Shown here: one piece after another, positions 21,085 to 29,825 of the stretch
Layout: each line of letters begins with the position of its first letter
Position numbering within the stretch: position 1 is the first letter of the stretch
Assembly: GCA_031549985.1 (NCBI GenBank)
Contig: JAVBOZ010000106.1
Span: forward strand, 1-59,623
DNA: 59,623 nt
Source: Oscillospiraceae bacterium
Lineage (GTDB): Bacteria; Bacillota; Clostridia; Oscillospirales; Acutalibacteraceae
Direction: 5' to 3'
Notes under the pieces: model-generated
Database searches by the model: none
Told to the model about the DNA's origin: nothing
Seen by the model: the letters and a program-made list of their open reading frames with translations, nothing else
Made by a program: the position numbers and the translations under genes

Positions 21085-22058
21085 CGATTCTCCCTCCTTT
21101 TCTTTATAATTACCAGCAAAAGAAACAGGATCATGGCGGCAGCGCCTACCGCCAGACCGATGACCATATTCCAGCCCGTGAACCATTGCACCACCGGGCG
21201 GCTGGTTCTGATTAACGTCTCGTGCTCTTCGGGAATATATTCCGTACGCTTCCCCCGCACCAAGAGCCGGTGGGTGTTGACTCCGATCGGCGTGCAGGTA
21301 ACAAGGGTGCAGTAATCTTCATTGGAAACTCTGCGTAAATTCGAAGCTTCTTCCGGCAGTACTGTCTTGATCTGGTCAACGCGGTATGCCAGCGTCTGGC
21401 CCAATATGTACACATAAAAGATGTCGTTCTTCCCCAGCTTTTCCAGGTCAGTGAACATTTTGGCCTGAACAAGACCCGAATGCCCTGTAAGAACGCTATG
21501 GCTGCCAACGCCGCCGATCGGCAGGGAAGAACCCTCCAGGTGGCCGACGCCTTCTTGCAATGTGCGTTCCGCCGTGCCGTGATAAATTGAAAGCTTGACG
21601 CCGATTTTCGGGATGGTGATGTACCCCATAATGCCGGTATCATCCAGGTTCAGGATTTTCGCGTAGTTTTCGGATTGAACCATCCCGCTGCCGGGAACAA
21701 AAGGATCGCGCGCGGGAGCTCCCTCCAACGTCTTGTTATACTCTTGCGCTTCTTTTAAGGCTGCGGTCAAAGCCTTGTCGTCCGTCTTCTCAACCGCTTC
21801 TTCATAGTCTTCCGTAATCGTGGATGCGTTGCGAACAAAAATATAATTTGAAACAATAGGATAGGCAAACAGGCCTACACCAATCAGCACAACGAGCACG
21901 ATGAGAAAATTCCGCAGTTTGCGCGTCAAGGCCTGCCGCCTCCCTTCCTTTTTGGAATCATACGGAGCCTTCGCGAAATTCGCTCTGCTCCAAATCCGTG
22001 TTAGAAGGGGGCGGCAGGCCGCCAGTGCCCGCGGGACCAAACAAATTTCAACGTTCAA
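21030..22058 (-). CDS. Class C (pilin-polymerising) sortase
   Basis: It has an N-terminal TM, the lid-like motif ARDPFVPG, LTGHSG (His), TLVTCTP (Cys) and RLLVRG (Arg). A C-terminal TM plus basic tail is typical of class C sortases. The exact start is uncertain. Confidence 0.88.
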   Translation of the reverse strand: MNVEICLVPRALAACRPLLTRIWSRANFAKAPYDSKKEGRRQALTRKLRNFLIVLVVLIGVGLFAYPIVSNYIFVRNASTITEDYEEAVEKTDDKALTAALKEAQEYNKTLEGAPARDPFVPGSGMVQSENYAKILNLDDTGIMGYITIPKIGVKLSIYHGTAERTLQEGVGHLEGSSLPIGGVGSHSVLTGHSGLVQAKMFTDLEKLGKNDIFYVYILGQTLAYRVDQIKTVLPEEASNLRRVSNEDYCTLVTCTPIGVNTHRLLVRGKRTEYIPEEHETLIRTSRPVVQWFTGWNMVIGLAVGAAAMILFLLLVIIKKRRENRWRKRKQYWWNEEDGFLP

Positions 22059-22148
22059 TCGCGGGATTTTGCGGCCTGCACGCCCCCGCAGGTTTTCACT
22101 TACGCGGGCCGCATGTGTTAAAACCTAAGACTTGCGCTTGACAGGTGC

Positions 22149-23726
22149 TTACCGGGCACCCTGCTTCTTTTTGCGGGCGCTCATAACCAGCAGGAACGCC
22201 GCGATGGCGATGAGCGTAACGCCGCCAGCCGTGAACAGGATGGTGCCGGTGCCGCCGGTCTTGGGCAGCGTGAACTTGTTGGTGTTCTTCACGACGATGC
22301 CGCAGATGGTGTAGCCGTTGGCGCCGTTGGATTTGGAGGCGTCAAATTTGACAATGATCGGGGCGGCCAGCAGGTTGAAGTTTGCGGGGGCCTTGGTCTC
22401 CACGATCCAATAGGTCAGATAATCAGCTGCCGTGGGGGTCACGCCCGTGTATTCTTTGAGGCCTTCGAACTTCACAATGGCCTTGCCGGCGTAGGTGCCC
22501 GAGGTGGCGAGTGTGCTCTTCTCAATCCAGGGGGTTGCGGTGGCGTAATCCGTCTCGCCGTAGTCGACCAGCTTGACCTTGCCGTTGACCGTCAGCTTGC
22601 GAATGTAGCGGCCGTTGTCGGCGTTGGCCTGGGAAGAGGCGATCTGGAACTCAGCGCCTTCGAGGGGCTTGTTGTTGTGGGTGTTGATCTTTTCAAGGAT
22701 GATGCAAGCGGTGTGGATCTCGACTTCGTTGCTTTCTCTGTTACGGGTGTTGGTGTCAAACTTGTTCTTGAATTCAACCTTCGCCTTGTTCTTAACGGTA
22801 TAGGCCGTGCGGGCAAGGATGTTCTGGTTGACGGTCGTGATGAAATCGACGCGGATGAACTTATAAGCGGCCAGCGCAGTGCGCCCGGCGGCGTTAAAGC
22901 TCACGGTCAGTTTGTTGGCGGCGTCAACGGAGGCGGTGTAATTGGAAGCCGCAACGGTGGTGCCGGTGGGCGCGGTCTTGGTCATCAGGCCGGTCACAAC
23001 AACACTGTTGGCTTTGTAATCAAGCGCGGTGTCAAGCGCGTCGGTCATGTCGAACTGCTGGAACGACGCGATGTCGGCGGGCACGGAGATGGTCACGGAC
23101 CACTTCACTTCTTCGCCCAGCTTCACGGCGGTCCTGTCAACGGCTTTGCTGATGCTGATGTCGCCGTTCTTGGGGTAAACGTGCACGTTCTGGATCCAGC
23201 CATCGCGGGTGGCGTTGGTCATGGGAACAGCCACGATGAAGGGGAAGCAGATGGAAACGACTTTGTCGTTGAGCTGCTCAACAACAAGATACAGGCCCTG
23301 CGCCAGGCCGGTGGAGGTTGCTTCGCCGCTGGCGTTGGTGGTCACGGTGCCGTTGGCGCCGCTCACTGCGGTCAGGTTAAAGGTCTTGCCATCGCTGGCG
23401 GTCAGGATCGTGGGGTTGGAGTAGTTGTTCAGTACGAATGCGGTTTCATCCAGGGGAGCCGTGCCGTCGGCGGGGATCGTAATTTTGTAGAGCTTAAAAA
23501 CAATGCCCGCGATCGGTTTGGCGCTGGCAGGGATATTCGTCGTCGTGTTGCCGTCATTGGGAGCGTTGGCCAGGGCCAGGTCGTCCATGATGTACTTGTG
23601 GATGGTCAGGTTGCCTGTCGCGGGGGGGAGCGAGGTGTTTTCTGCGAACGCGGTCAGGGAGGAGAACGCTGTCACTGCGAAGAGCATTGCCAGGAGAACT
23701 GCCAGAAACCTTGCTGCCTTTTTCAA
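22149..23726 (-). CDS. Backbone (major) pilin, SpaA-type, LPXTG-anchored
   Basis: 525 aa with a TTG start preceded by AGAGGGAAA and a signal peptide. It carries the pilin motif WIQNVHVYPKN (Lys186, codon 23171-23169), the E-box YWIVETKAPANF, and LPKTG (22268-22254) followed by a TM and a basic tail. Confidence 0.9.
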   Translation of the reverse strand: MKKAARFLAVLLAMLFAVTAFSSLTAFAENTSLPPATGNLTIHKYIMDDLALANAPNDGNTTTNIPASAKPIAGIVFKLYKITIPADGTAPLDETAFVLNNYSNPTILTASDGKTFNLTAVSGANGTVTTNASGEATSTGLAQGLYLVVEQLNDKVVSICFPFIVAVPMTNATRDGWIQNVHVYPKNGDISISKAVDRTAVKLGEEVKWSVTISVPADIASFQQFDMTDALDTALDYKANSVVVTGLMTKTAPTGTTVAASNYTASVDAANKLTVSFNAAGRTALAAYKFIRVDFITTVNQNILARTAYTVKNKAKVEFKNKFDTNTRNRESNEVEIHTACIILEKINTHNNKPLEGAEFQIASSQANADNGRYIRKLTVNGKVKLVDYGETDYATATPWIEKSTLATSGTYAGKAIVKFEGLKEYTGVTPTAADYLTYWIVETKAPANFNLLAAPIIVKFDASKSNGANGYTICGIVVKNTNKFTLPKTGGTGTILFTAGGVTLIAIAAFLLVMSARKKKQGAR

Positions 23727-23819
23727 TTTGTTTCCCTCTTTTCTTGATTTTTATAAAATTAACGGAAGAGTGCGGAACTCTTGCCGATAACTTTCGCCGC
23801 TGCCGGATGCCAACTTTAG

Positions 23820-24380
23820 CTATCCTGCTCCACTGTTGCAGGCCCGCAAAAGGACCAGCACCTTGCCGTCGATCTGGTTCCCCGCGACTGTACCGAAGCT
23901 TCGGGAGTCGCTGGAATGTTCCCGGTTGTCGCCCAAGACAAAAAATTCGTCTTTTTTTAGCGAGAGGGGAAATCGCAGCTCGGAACCTTTTTGGGTCAAA
24001 CCAATTGCGTAGGCTTCTTCAAGTACCTCGCCGTTGATCAAAACCCGTCCTTCCTTGTTGACATCCACCGTATCGCCGGGCAGGGCGACAATCCGCTTGA
24101 GGTATTTTTGCGTGTATGTGCTTTCCGCCCGGAGGATAACGACATTGCCGCGGCGATAATCGCCTATGCGTGAAAATAAAATGAAATCTTTCGCCTGGTA
24201 CGCCGGGCGCATTGAGTCGCCTCGCACGAAGGCCAGCCCAAATACGACGGCAAACGAAAGCAGGGTAATCAGAAATGTGCAGAGCAGGCTGATCAGCAAC
24301 CGTTTCCAGCTTTCGTGGCGAAGCAGTTTTGTCCGCTTGCGCTGCAGCACCTGCGTCGGGGTCAATGGATGCATTGGCAT
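23820..24380 (-). CDS. Type I signal peptidase (pilus-locus associated, SipA/LepA-like position)
   Basis: 186 aa with an N-terminal TM, GDSMRPAY (catalytic Ser box), YLKRIVALPGD (Lys box) and LGDNREHSSDSR. It lies immediately upstream of the backbone pilin. Confidence 0.85.
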   Translation of the reverse strand: MPMHPLTPTQVLQRKRTKLLRHESWKRLLISLLCTFLITLLSFAVVFGLAFVRGDSMRPAYQAKDFILFSRIGDYRRGNVVILRAESTYTQKYLKRIVALPGDTVDVNKEGRVLINGEVLEEAYAIGLTQKGSELRFPLSLKKDEFFVLGDNREHSSDSRSFGTVAGNQIDGKVLVLLRACNSGAG

Positions 24381-24392
24381 GGCACCCTCCCG

Positions 24393-24824
24393 CTACGCGC
24401 GCTGCCAGCTCGGTTCGGGCAGCCAGTTTTGTTCGGAAGCGCCGTACCACGCGGGCGGGGGAAGTTCCGTCTGCCTTCGCTGATCCAGTTCGGCCTGATA
24501 CGCCGCAAGCCTGCGCCGCAAAAGGTCGTTATCCGCTTGCAGGCGGGCGGTCATCTGCTCGTGCCATTCAACCAGCACGGCGCTATCCTGCTCGGTCTGC
24601 GCCAGCTCGGATTGCAACGCGGCGAAATGACAGGCGTTTTGCTCTTCCCGCGTCAGAAGCGCGGAAACAATTGCCTCGTACTGCAGCGTAATATGCGAGA
24701 TGTGATCCAGAACGCTCTCTTCATCGCAGCCGCCAAAAGCCTTGTGTTTGAACTTCATTTCTCGCAAATAGGCGGCGATGTTCTGAATTTCCGGCATATG
24801 CCGAAGGCCTAAGTTCAACTCCAT
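24393..24824 (-). CDS. DivIVA-domain-like coiled-coil protein
   Basis: 143 aa. FKHKAFGGCDEESVLDHISHI resembles the DivIVA N-terminal motif (F..RGYD..EVD.FL) and is followed by a coiled coil. RBS GGAGGAGG. The stop lies 12 nt before the signal peptidase start. Confidence 0.55.
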   Translation of the reverse strand: MELNLGLRHMPEIQNIAAYLREMKFKHKAFGGCDEESVLDHISHITLQYEAIVSALLTREEQNACHFAALQSELAQTEQDSAVLVEWHEQMTARLQADNDLLRRRLAAYQAELDQRRQTELPPPAWYGASEQNWLPEPSWQRA

Positions 24825-25339
24825 TTTTGAACCTCCTCCACTTTTTCTTTTTTGACGTCCCCTTCAGTTTTTCATCATTTTTGTTGAGCGGCCCATTTTT
24901 TTGATGCACTTCGTGCAGCCTTCCAAAAAAAGCTTTTTCCAAAAAATATTTGGTTGGATGAAGTGCAATTCTTCTGCGGAAAACATCCGCAGTTTAAGTT
25001 CTTTTGACGTCCCTTCAAAAGAGCTCATACCGGACCCTTCAACGGCCCTTCGCCAACGGAAGATTACGCTAAAGCGCTACAGGATTACTTTGCTATATTT
25101 CGCTTCCAATCCGTTTGGCGAAGTAGAATACCACGCCGCAAACGAAATGTCAAGATAAATCTGGAAATTTTTTTTATAATTTTTTCCAGTCGATTGTTCC
25201 CTTAAAAAGTCAAGCGACTCGCTGCAGTGTTTTTTCCTTCCAGAAAAAGCCGTGTTCTGTGGAAACATTGATGTTCCCTGACCTGCTCGTCGTTTTGCAA
25301 AGGCCCCTGCGCAAAGGCTTTCTCCTGCGTATGCATTTT

Positions 25340-25393
25340 GGGTTGCATAAAAACACAGCACAGCGATATGCCCCTGAAGGGCTGCTGTGCTGT
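25340..25393 (-). terminator. Intrinsic terminator downstream of the GNAT gene
   Basis: Stem CAGCACAGC/GCTGTGCTG (25356-25364 / 25384-25392) with an inner CCC-tgaa-GGG stem. On the minus strand it is followed by TGTTTTTATG. Confidence 0.55.
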
Positions 25394-25452
25394 TGGTTAA
25401 CATTCTCTTAGCGCGAAGGGATAAACCGTAACCATCCTGACAAGCCACTGCG

Positions 25453-26013
25453 CTACAGCGCCAGCCCCATAACGACGCTGGTCGGAATGCGCAGCAGCTT
25501 GCTAAAACCATACTTGCCGTAAAAGTTCCGGCCTTTTTTATTGCCCGCGCCCACCACGAGCAGCACACCCGGTATGCCCTTCGCGCGCAGCTGCGCCGTA
25601 AGAGCATTCATCAGCTGGCTGCCCAGGCCCCGGCGTTGGTATTCCTCCGAAATATCGATGTGCAGATGCGCCGGGTATTTCTTTGCCAAAAGCTTCGGCA
25701 AAAACGCCGACGCGCGGCATTCAGCCCGCATAAAAAAGGGTAGGCCCTTTAAGCGGGGTGCGTATTCCCGCAAAAAACGCGCACGATAGGCCCGGCAGTC
25801 CTGCGCGCAGAGGATATAGCCCACGGCCCTGTCATCGTCGTCGGCGACGACGAAACAGTTCTGCGGCTCGCATTCAATATAATAGTCGCAATAGCTGGTC
25901 AGCAGCATCGTGCGCGCCGGACCTGCCTGCGCCGCCGCGCCCGGCCCGGTCTCGATGCAGACCGCGCGCACGTCTTCTTTATCTTTCGGCTGATAGGAAC
26001 GAATTGTCGGCAT
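25453..26013 (-). CDS. GNAT-family N-acetyltransferase
   Basis: Start taken at MPTIRSYQPKD. The acetyl-CoA-binding motif QRRGLGSQLM is present, followed by KKGRNFYGKYGF. Confidence 0.8.
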   Translation of the reverse strand: MPTIRSYQPKDKEDVRAVCIETGPGAAAQAGPARTMLLTSYCDYYIECEPQNCFVVADDDDRAVGYILCAQDCRAYRARFLREYAPRLKGLPFFMRAECRASAFLPKLLAKKYPAHLHIDISEEYQRRGLGSQLMNALTAQLRAKGIPGVLLVVGAGNKKGRNFYGKYGFSKLLRIPTSVVMGLAL

Positions 26014-26165
26014 AGAAACAACCTTTCGAAAAGCAAGAGGCACGATTCGTCGCTGACATGATGTAAGTGCGGTGGCGGCGGTGCGAACGATGCAAGGATT
26101 TTTGCCCGCTTGCTCGACTAAAATTTGGTACCAAATAGCTATCTATTAGAAAGAGGAGACTTTGT

Positions 26166-27056
26166 ATGAGCCACACAAAAAAACTGACCGCACTGCTGCT
26201 GGCCCTTTTGTTGGCCCTTGGGCTGGCCGCCCCCGCAGCGGCCGCAGACCCCGCCTCGCCGGCCGTCACCCACATCACGGCGGAATGGAACGGCGAAATT
26301 GAGATTTCAGCTTATGGCGGGGGCCTGATCATCGACGACAACGTAACGATTACCGTGCATTATGCGGACAGCACGACAAGCACCAGCGCTGGATACTTTT
26401 TTTCAATCCACGACGCCAGCATAACCGCATGGTCGGCAAGCGAGATTGTTTTTACAAGGCACGACAGCAAGAGCGGCGAAGTGATATTCTATTATTGCAA
26501 CGACGCCCTGCGGCAGGCCTTCGCCGATGCCAACGGCATCACCGCGCGTCAGGTCAGCAGCAATGCGCCCGGCTTCCTCGAATCATTGCCGACGGCAAGC
26601 GTTACCTTTCCCCGGAACTGCGTCGAGCAATTCTTCAACAGCCGCATGCCATTGGAACAGCTCACGCCCGGCGAAACAAAGCTGGTTTCCGTGGTTGCCG
26701 CGCATGAGACGTGCGTCACATTCGCATTTACCCCGCGCAGAAACGGGCGGCACGTCTTTGAAGCCGCTTACATCTCCGGTCATGAACCGGGTTCTTACAG
26801 CGCGTTTGACGGCAATTTTTCGCTGATCGCCCAGGGCGGCTCAAGCGACGGCATGGCGATGAATCTCAAAAAGGGAAAGACCTATTACATTGTTATGGAT
26901 TTTTATACCTGGGGGAATGACCCGGCGCTGAGCGAAGCGAACGTCACCGTGAAATATAGCCCGCTGACTTTGTGGCAGAAAATCGAGAACTTCTTCATCA
27001 ACCTGCAATTCATTTTTTTGAATTTGTTGGTTTCAGCGCTGTGGTGGTTTTATTGA
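26166..27056 (+). CDS. Secreted protein of unknown function with a C-terminal hydrophobic segment
   Basis: 296 aa. RBS AGAGGAG. Signal peptide MSHTKKLTALLLALLLALGLAAPAAAA. C-terminal hydrophobic stretch LNLLVSALWWFY. No family recognised. Confidence 0.65.
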   Translation: MSHTKKLTALLLALLLALGLAAPAAAADPASPAVTHITAEWNGEIEISAYGGGLIIDDNVTITVHYADSTTSTSAGYFFSIHDASITAWSASEIVFTRHDSKSGEVIFYYCNDALRQAFADANGITARQVSSNAPGFLESLPTASVTFPRNCVEQFFNSRMPLEQLTPGETKLVSVVAAHETCVTFAFTPRRNGRHVFEAAYISGHEPGSYSAFDGNFSLIAQGGSSDGMAMNLKKGKTYYIVMDFYTWGNDPALSEANVTVKYSPLTLWQKIENFFINLQFIFLNLLVSALWWFY

Positions 27057-27078
27057 CCAGATTCAAGGCGGCATAATA

Positions 27079-28779
27079 TCAGTCCGTTGCGCGGGCTTTC
27101 CCGAACCAGACCACATCCCCAGCGGCGGAGACCTCCAGCCCGGTGACGCCTTCGGCCAGCAGGAGCGCGCTTTCCCGCGCTGCAAGCGGGTAATAAACCC
27201 CCATTTGCAGCAGGTGCTCCTCCGCCTTGCGCAGGGCTGCCGCCGCCGCCTTCTGGCCCGGGGTCTGCGCTGCTTCGGCCAACAGTTTTTCAAACGCCTG
27301 GGAACGATAGCCGGTCAGGTTGCCGCCGCCCTCCGTCAGTTGCTCAAGCACGTTCGGCGCGAAGGAGCTGCCCGCCTCCACCGTGGAAAGCGCGATGTCA
27401 TAATCCCCTTGCGCGATCCGGAGCGCCAGTTTTTCCGGCTCCGGGCTTTCGATGCTCACTTGCAGCCGGAGACCGAACGCGCTCTGCCACTGCTGCAGCA
27501 ACCGGCGCATCGCCAGGTTCGCCTCCTCCGGACAGAGCAGCGTCAGCGAAAGGGACGGTTCCTTACCGGCGGCCTCCCGCGCCGCGAAGCTTTCGCCCCA
27601 TAGGCTTTGCGCCCCGGCAATGTTGCGCCCCAGACCCGTGGCCGGGCCCGAAAGCGTCCGATAGGTATCCTCGCCCAGGCGCAACCCCGCCGGCAGCAGG
27701 CCTTTCGGCGGCGCGAAGCCCAGCGCAACCGGGTCAATCGCCATGCAGAGCGCGCGGCGCAATTTGGCGTCCGCCAACGGCGCGCCCGGCCCGCAACGGA
27801 ATAGCAGCGCCTGCGTTGCGTTCTCCAGCCGAACCGCGCCCGCATCGGTCTGCGCTGCGCCTGCGGCATCGGACGGTAACAGCACGGCGGAAAATCCGCC
27901 CTCCAGCCCCAGCAGGCGCAGCCGTTCGGAGACATTTGCCTCAAGCTTGAACACCACCCCGCCGGGCGCGATGGGTTCCGCACCTTTGTAGCCCTCGTTT
28001 TTCCGGAGCCGAAGAGTCATCGTCTCCCACGCGTAAAGATAAAATGGCCCGTTGCCGCAAAGATATTTCGCACCTAGGCCATAGCGCCCCTTGGTGGCGT
28101 TAAAGTAATCTTCGTTGCAGGGCATGGCGACGCTCTGGCAGAGTGCATAAAGGAATGATGCGTTGGGCTGCGCCAGCGTGATCACCAGCGTAAACGGATC
28201 GGGCACACTCACCCCGAGAGCCTCCGGCGGCTGCCTGCCCTCCAGAACCTCCCGGGCGTTTTGGATCGGGAACAGCAGCGCTGCGTTGGGTGCGTTGGTC
28301 TCCGGCATAAGGGCCCTGCGCAAGGCAAAGAGAAAGTCCTCTGCCGTCACGACGGTGTCAAACGCCGCAGCCTCCGCCTCACCCAAAAGCTTTTTCGCGT
28401 CCTTAGGCAGCCGCCAATGGGTATCCCTGCGCAGGTGGAAAGTGTAGCGCAATCCGTCGGACGATACCTCCCAGCGCTCCGCCACGCCGGGCGCGAAGAC
28501 CTCGGCGGGAGCGGAATTGCCTTGGACGGCATCCTGCCCGATGTCGCTGCCGCGCAGACGAATCAGGCCCTCGAAGCAATTGGCCAAGACGAGCGCCTCT
28601 TCCCGCCCGCCCGCGATGGCGGGGTCAAGATTCAAAGGCATAGCCGAAAGGGGAAAGCGAAATTCCTTCCCCTCCCCTGTATCTTTGCCGCAAGCCGCCA
28701 AAGAGAGTATCGCCAGCAACAGAGCAAGCAAAACCGCCGCAGTTCTTTTCATTGGATTCTCCTTCTGTTGCTGATTCAT
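27079..28779 (-). CDS. ABC transporter substrate-binding lipoprotein, family 5 (peptide/nickel type), orphan
   Basis: 566 aa with lipobox LSLAAC. Size and motif pattern fit SBP family 5. No permease or ATPase genes are adjacent. Confidence 0.8.
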   Translation of the reverse strand: MNQQQKENPMKRTAAVLLALLLAILSLAACGKDTGEGKEFRFPLSAMPLNLDPAIAGGREEALVLANCFEGLIRLRGSDIGQDAVQGNSAPAEVFAPGVAERWEVSSDGLRYTFHLRRDTHWRLPKDAKKLLGEAEAAAFDTVVTAEDFLFALRRALMPETNAPNAALLFPIQNAREVLEGRQPPEALGVSVPDPFTLVITLAQPNASFLYALCQSVAMPCNEDYFNATKGRYGLGAKYLCGNGPFYLYAWETMTLRLRKNEGYKGAEPIAPGGVVFKLEANVSERLRLLGLEGGFSAVLLPSDAAGAAQTDAGAVRLENATQALLFRCGPGAPLADAKLRRALCMAIDPVALGFAPPKGLLPAGLRLGEDTYRTLSGPATGLGRNIAGAQSLWGESFAAREAAGKEPSLSLTLLCPEEANLAMRRLLQQWQSAFGLRLQVSIESPEPEKLALRIAQGDYDIALSTVEAGSSFAPNVLEQLTEGGGNLTGYRSQAFEKLLAEAAQTPGQKAAAAALRKAEEHLLQMGVYYPLAARESALLLAEGVTGLEVSAAGDVVWFGKARATD

Positions 28780-28810
28780 GTGTGATTTTTACCAAGGGGT
28801 AGTATCAATA

Positions 28811-29048
28811 CAGCCTTTTGCCTGGACACGGCCCGCCGTGTCCCTACGATCGTCCATCAAACCCGCGCCGCAGCCGCCGACGGCCCACGTGGGGCCCATC
28901 GGGTAGGGCCGGCCCTTGGCCGTCCGCAATTACGCATCAATACCAACGTCGAAACAGCCTCGCCTTTTGCCTGGACACGGCACGCCGTGTCCCTACGATC
29001 GTACATCAAACCCGCGCCGCAGCCGTAGACGGCCCATGTGGGGCCCAT
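28811..29048. repeat. Two direct copies of a ~90-bp hairpin-bearing repeat with a GTAGGG element between them
   Basis: Units 28811-28899 and 28955-29048 are more than 90% identical by eye. Each contains GGACACGGCnCGCCGTGTCCCTAC. The spacer carries GTAGGGCCGGCCCTTGGCCGTCCGCAATTACGCATCAATACCAACGTC, which recurs in inverted form at 49075-49130. Confidence 0.8.
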
Positions 29049-29052
29049 AATT

Positions 29053-29754
29053 TTATTCCGCCTCTTCCTCCCCCGCCCCAGTAAGCATCTCCGGGCGTTT
29101 GCGGCGCGTGCGTTCCAGCGCCTGTTCCCGCTTCCACTGCTGCTGCTTCGCATGGTGGCCGCCGGTCAACACCTCCGGCACTGCGCGGCCCTCCCAGACC
29201 GGGGGGCGCGTGTATTGCGGGTATTCCAGCAGCCCCGCGAAGTGGCTCTCGTCATGGAAAACCTCCGCCGCAGGCAATACCCCCGGCAGCAGGCGGGCGA
29301 TGGCATCGCAGAGCACCAACGCGGGCAATTCACCGCCGGTCAGGACGTAATCGCCGATGGAGATTTCTTCATCTACCAGCGCCTCGATCACCCGCTCATC
29401 CACGCCTTCATAGTGCCCACAGAGCAGCGCAAGCTCCGGCAGGGCGGCCAACTCGCGGCAGCGTTGCTGGGTGAGCGTCTTGCCCTGGGGCGAAAGATAG
29501 ACAAAGTGCGGGCGGCTCCCCCATTCGGCGCAAAGGGCCTCATAGCAAGCGGCGATGGGCTGCGCCTGCATGATCATCCCGTAGCCGCCGCCGTAAGGCG
29601 CGTCGTCCACCCGGCGGTGCTTATCCAGGGTGTACGCCCGGATGTCGCGGGCGTTGCACCGCACCAACCCCTGTTTACGCGCCCGTCCCAAGATACTCTC
29701 ACCCAGCACGGCCTCGCACATCTCGGGGAAAAGGGTTAAAATTTCGATTTTCAT
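29053..29754 (-). CDS. trmD: tRNA (guanine37-N1)-methyltransferase
   Basis: 233 aa starting MKIEILTLFPEM, with YGGGYGMIM and GHYEGVDERV, which are canonical TrmD motifs. Confidence 0.95.
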   Translation of the reverse strand: MKIEILTLFPEMCEAVLGESILGRARKQGLVRCNARDIRAYTLDKHRRVDDAPYGGGYGMIMQAQPIAACYEALCAEWGSRPHFVYLSPQGKTLTQQRCRELAALPELALLCGHYEGVDERVIEALVDEEISIGDYVLTGGELPALVLCDAIARLLPGVLPAAEVFHDESHFAGLLEYPQYTRPPVWEGRAVPEVLTGGHHAKQQQWKREQALERTRRKRPEMLTGAGEEEAE

Positions 29755-29825
29755 CGTCAGAATGGCTCCTCAATAATGCCTGCGGTGCGCCCAATGGTCG
29801 CACCCTACAATTTATATCTTGGCGC

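Noticed and set aside
25077-25607. 176-aa minus-strand ORF spanning the GNAT 3' end and the intergenic region. Also the ORFs 24901-25158 (+) and 24721-24942 (-).
   Set aside because: They overlap the GNAT gene and its terminator, or the DivIVA-like gene. They have no RBS and their composition is atypical. The region is better explained as non-coding.
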